Positions 57,060-64,000 of a stretch of 64,000 nucleotides of DNA are shown piece by piece (position 1 is the stretch's first letter; the number at the start of each line of letters is the position of its first letter). Origin of the DNA: Eledone cirrhosa. Taxonomy: Eukaryota. The notes beneath the pieces are model-generated. The model saw nothing but the letters and a program-made list of their open reading frames with translations, was not told the DNA's origin and made no database searches. The translations under genes were made by a program, and so were the position numbers. The stretch covers positions 85,622,001 to 85,686,000 of the forward strand of contig OZ024745.1 in the NCBI GenBank assembly GCA_964016885.1. Direction: 5' to 3'.

Positions 57060-58015
57060 ATAAATTAATAAAAATAATGAATAAAAACAAAGAAACCGCT
57101 CCTTATATTAAAAAAATCATCATTTTACGATCGTTTCTAGGATATATATGTGTGTGTTGGTATGTATATCATATAGATCTATGTAAAATTTTTACAAACT
57201 ATCAGAGGGAATATACATACCTACACATATATATGCTGTCTTCAGAAATAATGTTATTTGTTTATTGAAAAAAACAACAAAGATTTAATATAAAAGGTCT
57301 GTTTGGGAACAGGTTTTGAATTGACCAATAGAAAAGTAGTAAGTGGTCAAGTTGATAGAATAGTAGTAGTAGAAATTTTATTTAGGGGTAGAGGAATGCA
57401 GACTTCAGTTTTGAATGGAAAGAGTATTTTGAATGAAAAGATTACTTTGGGGATGAAAATAGGTGAAGCCGGTGAAAGGTACACGAAAATTTGATGTTAC
57501 TAAAGAATAATGCTAATATTAAAATCTAAGGAGAATAAAATTTTACTATAAATGTGCTAGTGAAAAATATCAATCATATTTAAACATAAGGAATATAGAT
57601 CTATAAAAAGAAATTAGATTAATTTAATTGATAGTTATATTTATAGGGATAAATTTATATTAATTCATATAGATATGATAAATAAGAGTTAGATGTTATT
57701 AAAGAATGTTGTTAAAAACGAAGGAAAACATATTTTTTTGGGGGGATAAATGTATTAGTGAGAAATAACAAACTTATATAGATTATAAGGAATTTAGATT
57801 CATAACAGTAAATTAAAATGGTTTATACTCATTGGTATAAATTTTAGGAAAAGATAGCTGTAAAAGGGAAATGAAATTATGCAGTTCTTAGTAGTAGAAT
57901 ATTAATTATAGGTTAACTAATTAAAAAAAATTAATGATAATAATTTGTAAAATATAATTGTATATTAATTAGGTTTATGATATTTGAAAGTTTTTCTAAT
58001 TCTATGATTGCATGA
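57060..58015 (-). mobile_element. Second copy of the 46155-47085 element (HHR 57123-57248)
   Basis: Near-identical direct repeat. Confidence 0.8.
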
Positions 58016-58096
58016 TATACATATATATTATATATATATTATATATTATATATATTATATATATATTATATATATATATATTATATATATATATAT

Positions 58097-58262
58097 AACG
58101 AAGGAAATGTGGTAAGGAACCAGGTGGACCCTAACGCACCAAAGTACTCAATACTTAGGGTAGTAGAGTGGGTAATAGGAACAAGTAAGACCCCGACGGC
58201 TGAGTACAGAATTAGCCGTCGAAACGGCTTGAGCTCAGCCGTCGGGGTCTTACTTGTTCCTA
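58097..58262. mobile_element. 165-bp fold-back remnant of family F
   Basis: Tail of 15800-15908 in reverse, joined to the sense 15775-15829 segment. Confidence 0.85.
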
Positions 58263-58629
58263 TATATATATATATATTATATATATGTATATATATTATA
58301 TATATTATATATATATATTATATATATTATTTATATTATATAAATATTTTATATATTATATATATTATATATATATATATTATATATATTATATATATTA
58401 TATATATATTATATATATATTATATATATTATATATATATATTATATATCTATATATTATATATATATTATATATATATTATATATATATTATATATATT
58501 ATAGTTATATATATATTATATATACATATATAATATATATTATATATATTATATATATATATATTAAATATATGATATTTATATTATATATATATTATAT
58601 ATATATATATTATATATATATATTATAAT

Positions 58630-61070
58630 ATAAGATCAAAAGATGGTTAAAAGAGATCCAAGTATTTTATTATGCGCATTTCAAAAACAAATATCATCAT
58701 GATGATATTTGCGTTCTCATTAGATAAAATATGGAGACATGATATGAAGCTTAAAAAACACTTGCGAGCTGTGAAGTGTTAAATCAACATATGAAAAATA
58801 AAGTAAGATGGATATATGAGATTGGGAAAAAAGAACGGGAAGGGGATCGAAAAAGTAAGGAAGAGGAAGAAAGAAAATAAAGGATGACGGGGGAGGAGTA
58901 TAAGAAGGAACGAAGAGAGAGGAGGAGAAATGAGTGGTAGAGAGAGAGAGAGAAATAGCCTTTACAAATGAGAGAACATTGTCTCACAGATAGAAATTAA
59001 AAAACCGTTGAAAGATAATGGATAATTTCAAAGGAATTTGAAATTAAAAGTTAATGAGGTTTATGAATGGTCATGTTTATGAATAAAGAAATAGGAATTT
59101 ATTTATTTAAAGTTTATATATTGAAGGTTTTAATAATATGTGCGAAAGAATTTATTAATATGTATTAATAAAATTAAGGATATTAAGGATATAATATGAA
59201 AGAAGGAGAGATTGATTGAATTATGAACTTAGAGGAATTAGTAAGGGTTTAAGTTTGTTTTTATGTATTGTAATATGTAAAAGTAAATAATAGGTTTAAT
59301 GCGAGTACGGAAGGAGAGAATAAAGAAGAAAATTTAATGAAGAAAAAATATCTAATGTCAAAAAGTATATATGTTTACAAAATTTTCTAATGGTAATATT
59401 ATTATATATTAAAAAAGATATAGTTTCTATGGCCAATAATATAGGGAAAAATGGAAAAATGGAAAATGCCATAGTGAGTAATAATATGAATTAAGAAGTA
59501 ATTGAGAAGTAAAAGTTACAGATTAAAGATTAGAAATTAAAAAAGAAAAAAGGAAGAAAGGAAAAAGGATAAAAAGAAGAAAGATAGGGGACCTCTAACA
59601 ACATAGAATGAGTAAATTGTATAATATAATATACTGAAATAAGGTAGAAAGATGGGTATATTTGTAAAAGATATAAAAGCCTTTGAGAAAAGAAGATTTT
59701 AAACTAATTAGGTATTGAGATATTAGCTGTATACTTTATGGAAAGTTCTATGGGATTTATGCAAGCAGAGTGAAAATAAATCCGTACGTCTATTTATTAT
59801 AGAATTAAAATTAGATATAATGGTAAATTTCTCGGCTAGGCAGAGATTACATCTTCTGGATAGGGAAGAATTCCGGTAAGGAAAGGCGTTGCAAACCTTT
59901 CTCCAAGAGATGTTATAGTTAATATTTATGTCTTTTAAGGACCATATGAGTTCCGAGAGTGCCGTGTTAGTTCTTTTAAGTTTGTATTTAAAAGAGGATT
60001 TGTGATTATAAAATCTTGCTTTAAAGGAAGTGGAAGTGGAACCGAAATAGGTAAACAAATTAGTACCAGTTATAACCTTACATTCATACACTAAGTTTTT
60101 TAACAAGACATTGGTTATTAAGAGGACATTTAGTTCTAACAGGGCAATTACAATTACGATTAGAGAAATTAACATAGTTATTAACAAGTGACATAGTATT
60201 ATTTATAGAAAGAATTGGATTGGAGAATTTATTTATGATAGGATCTATAGTTTCGTGATTTAGATTGGTGTTATGAACATTCATCGAGGTTACGTTTAAC
60301 GTCGTATTTAAATTTACTGAATCTAGCCTAGAGTTAACATTGACGTTTACTATTGCTATTATTATGACGATTGCTATTATTATGACGATTACTATTGCTA
60401 TTATTATGACGCTCAGTGTTAGATGGATATAATTTATTATTTAATATTTTATTATCGTGTTTAGAGATAATGTTAGAGATGTTGGAAGTGGTGGAATAAG
60501 AGAATTTGATTGTATGATTGTTAAAGATCTTACTATAGATATGCGAGGGAGGGAAGCATTTATCTAAGGCCCTAAAGAATAGTTTAGGAATATTATTAGT
60601 AATAGATAGAGAAAAAGGAGCATTATACCAAATCATATTTTTGTATCTAGGTCTTTTATTTAAGTTATTGGAATGTTCATAATTAACTATTTTACTATAA
60701 GTCCTTCGATGATTGGTTTCTTTACTGTATTTAATTTTATCAGGATAACTGGCTTTGGAAAGCGCATTATTATAGTAATTGGCATTAGCGTCGAAGATAA
60801 CTTTATTAGAGGATAGATTTGAGATTCTTTTTTCAATATTACTGACTATAGCATTTTTAACGTTAGTGCGGTGGTTAGATTTAAAATTAACATAATTTAG
60901 ATTCTCATTGTCTTTATGGTGAGGGTAATATAGGCCAGTGTCAAGATTAAGGGATATATCCAGGAAGTTCGTTAGTTTGACGTTGTTATCAAATTCAATT
61001 TTAAGGTTATGGTGCTTAAGTAGATCAAGTATATTATTCTTAATAATATTAAGGTTAACTACGACAGTAA
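58630..61070 (-). mobile_element. 5'-truncated Naiad-like PLE (thumb+EN 59723-61070), 3' UTR with mutated family H HHR (~58663-58730)
   Basis: NFLD..SNH..WYNAPF..CNCPVRTKCPL..YFGSTSTSFKARFYNHKSSF..CNLCLAEK..CLHK. Confidence 0.88.
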
Positions 61071-61104
61071 ATATATATATAAATTATATATATTAATATA
61101 TATA

Positions 61105-61242
61105 TGTCAACCTCGGTGGGATTTGAGCTGAGTTCAAATCCCACCGATGTTGACTTTGCCATTCATCCTTACGGCGTCGACAAAATAAAGTACCATTGAT
61201 GCAATGGGTAATTGCTGACCTTGTGCCTAAAGTAGAAACAAT

Positions 61243-61243
<1 letters not shown>
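61105..61243 (+). mobile_element. 5'-truncated SINE with a small 5' inversion
   Basis: 61105-61127 is inverted to 61132-61155. Confidence 0.75.
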
Positions 61244-61331
<88 letters not shown>

Positions 61332-61474
61332 TATATATTATATATATATTATATATATATATCATCTATAAATATATATTATATATATATTATATATATA
61401 TATTATATATATATATTATATATATATATATTATATATATATATATATTATATATATATATATTATATATATAT

Positions 61475-61506
<32 letters not shown>

Positions 61507-61552
61507 ATTATATATATATATATTATATATATATATTATGTATATACTATAT

Positions 61553-61586
<34 letters not shown>

Positions 61587-61601
61587 ATATATATAATATA
61601 T

Positions 61602-61649
<48 letters not shown>

Positions 61650-61786
61650 ATATATATTATATATATATATTATATATATTATATATATATTATATATATA
61701 TAAATATATATTATATATATATCTATATATATCATATATAAATATATATTATATATATATTATATATATTATATATATATATAATA

Positions 61787-61817
<31 letters not shown>

Positions 61818-61818
<1 letters not shown>

Positions 61819-63875
61819 TCATTAGTTAAGCAAAACAACACCACAAACTTCACAAGGAAGACATTATTAAAAGATTGTCAACACATTTTAGTTTGATGTA
61901 AGGAATGTAGAGAATAATAATAATAATAATAAAAATAATAATATTATAATAATATTATATAATGTCTCTGAATCTGGTTATAAACAATCAATTTATTACA
62001 TACCTAAATGCCATAGCACAGCAACTCACCATAATAAACTTAACACTAGAACTAGAAATACCTTAGCATGTAGCCAGATTCGCCAGAATTTTAGCAGTAA
62101 CAGCACCTATACAGGGAACTTTAATGGTGGCAGCGGCCTGCTCCCCACTCCAAGTAGCAAACTAAAAATCAACTCTAGAATAGGAATGAGAAATGGGATG
62201 ACAAATAACAAATCCCAGGTAATAATAACCCTAGGAAGGCCCCTACCAACTCCACTAGAACCCCTAGAAGGAATAGACCTAGAAATATCACCTGGCTCAA
62301 CCCACCATTCTCATCTAATCTAGCCACTAATATCCCCAAACGCTTCTTCTCTATCCTATCCAAACACTTCCCCCAACAATAGATATTACAAACTCTTTAA
62401 TAAAAATAACATTAAAATCTCATTCTCCACAACACCTAACCTAGATAGCCACATCGCGTTCAGTAACCATCATAAGCAAAGACAGTATAACTCCCACACC
62501 GCGGTACCACCACCCCTATCAAATACACCACGCCACTACACCAATAATTACTCTAGTAGCACACCTCCCCCATCTAATCCTTCTAGTACGGACCAACCGC
62601 TTAGGTTAAACAACCCTACTCTCACTAACCACAGAAGCAACTGCAACAGCCGTTACCCTAATGCATGCCCATTAAATGGCCACTGCCTGACACCCAACAT
62701 AGTCTATAGGTGCACGGTTGAGACTGCTTCGAATACCAACTCTTATATCGGGTCTACCTCTAACCCTTTTAAGGTACGCTATAACGCGCACTCTTTTTCC
62801 TTCCGAGACCCTAGCAACAGATGTTCCACATCGCTAGCTAGGCTCATTAAAAACCTTAAATTAAACAACGTTCAACATTCACTAAAATGGGATATCGTAG
62901 CTAGGGCCCAACCGTTCAATGGACGAAGAAAATCGTGTGATCTCTGTGTTACGGAAGCATATTACATGACTCTATCACGACCTCTACCGATTAACGATAG
63001 AACGGAGGTAACCATTAGATGTCAACATCGAAGGGCTAATTCCTTCGCCAATAGAGTTTTTGACCCAACTTAGTCATCTAGCCCCATTTCTACTTGCAGC
63101 TAATAAGTTAAATTGCTATGAACAACTCGATAATTATAAGTTACCTCCCCTACATTGTCTCTCAATTAAAAAATTCAAAAACTAGCACTCAACTATAAAT
63201 ACTCACAATCTCTAATCTCTCGAGATGCTACTTCCCCTGGAACCACCCTCTAATTAGTAAGGTAAATATGCCCTTTGGCATCCATCTTGTTATCCATAGG
63301 CAGATCTCACACAATGCAGCCTCGACAGATGAATACTGCTTGATTATGGCTGACAGCTGATGCAACCAAGACACCATAGTAAAAACCAATATATGGAACA
63401 TTATATTATGGAACATTATTTTAATTTATATTCCTTTGAGTTCCGATGAGCCACTCTGTTTTTTTAAATATGTTAATTATTTTCAACTGAACCAGATCAA
63501 TTATGATATATAGTCATCTGATCCAGAAATATTATATGGAGTAGCGAAACAATTGTAAACGGACATTATTATTATTAATATTAATATTATTATTATTCTC
63601 TACATTCCTTACATCAAACTAAAATATGTTGACAATCTTTTAATAATGTCTTCCTTGTGAAGTTTGTGGTCTTGTTTTGCTTAACTAATGAATATTTTCA
63701 GCTCTGCGCACCTAACTTCTGCATGAACCCAGCCACCTAGCTGCTTTCTACTGCATATTGCACATTGAGCACATGCCTTTACGCTTTACCTTCTAACTAA
63801 CTCACCACTCTCTCCTCTCATATCTCCTCTACTATCTCCATCTCTCTCTTTAAGATTGGTTACTCTTGAAATGTG
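61818..63875 (+). mobile_element. Naiad-like PLE (linker+EN ~62170-63073) with inverted arm
   Basis: ITWLNPPF..HFP..CPLNGHC..YIGSTSNPFKVRYNAH..CDLCVTE..CQHR; arms 61818-61930 and 63577-63694. Confidence 0.85.
63440..63560 (+). ncRNA. HHR, U4C variant, long stem II insertion
   Basis: gtt-CCGATGA-gccactctgt...atggagtagc-GAAA-CAATTG-TA-aac. Confidence 0.65.
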
Positions 63876-63906
<31 letters not shown>

Positions 63907-64000
63907 TATATATTATATATATATATATTATATATTATATGATATATGTATATATATATTAAATATATATATTAAACATATATATATTATATATATATAT

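Overview
Very AT-rich, gene-free eukaryotic (animal) DNA, probably cephalopod judging by the SINEs (inference). Long imperfect (TA)n tracts alternate with non-microsatellite islands. Nearly all islands are Penelope-like retroelements (PLEs) or their non-coding 3' derivatives: decayed RT/GIY-YIG ORFs of several clades, mostly Naiad-like. tRNA-derived SINEs make up the rest. Manual folding shows that most islands carry a minimal type I hammerhead ribozyme (HHR). I count about 18 distinct sequence families. Most have a palindromic stem III, and several have non-canonical cores (U3-A8 covariation, U4C). There is a 428-bp tandem HHR array (non-LTR retrozyme-like, candidate circRNA) and a sister array at about 22.5-23.8 kb. 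Most insertions are asymmetric fold-backs with both 3' ends facing TA tracts, and the short-arm end points recur between copies. No host gene was found. Most listed ORFs are microsatellite artefacts. Coordinates were read by eye (+/- a few nt).
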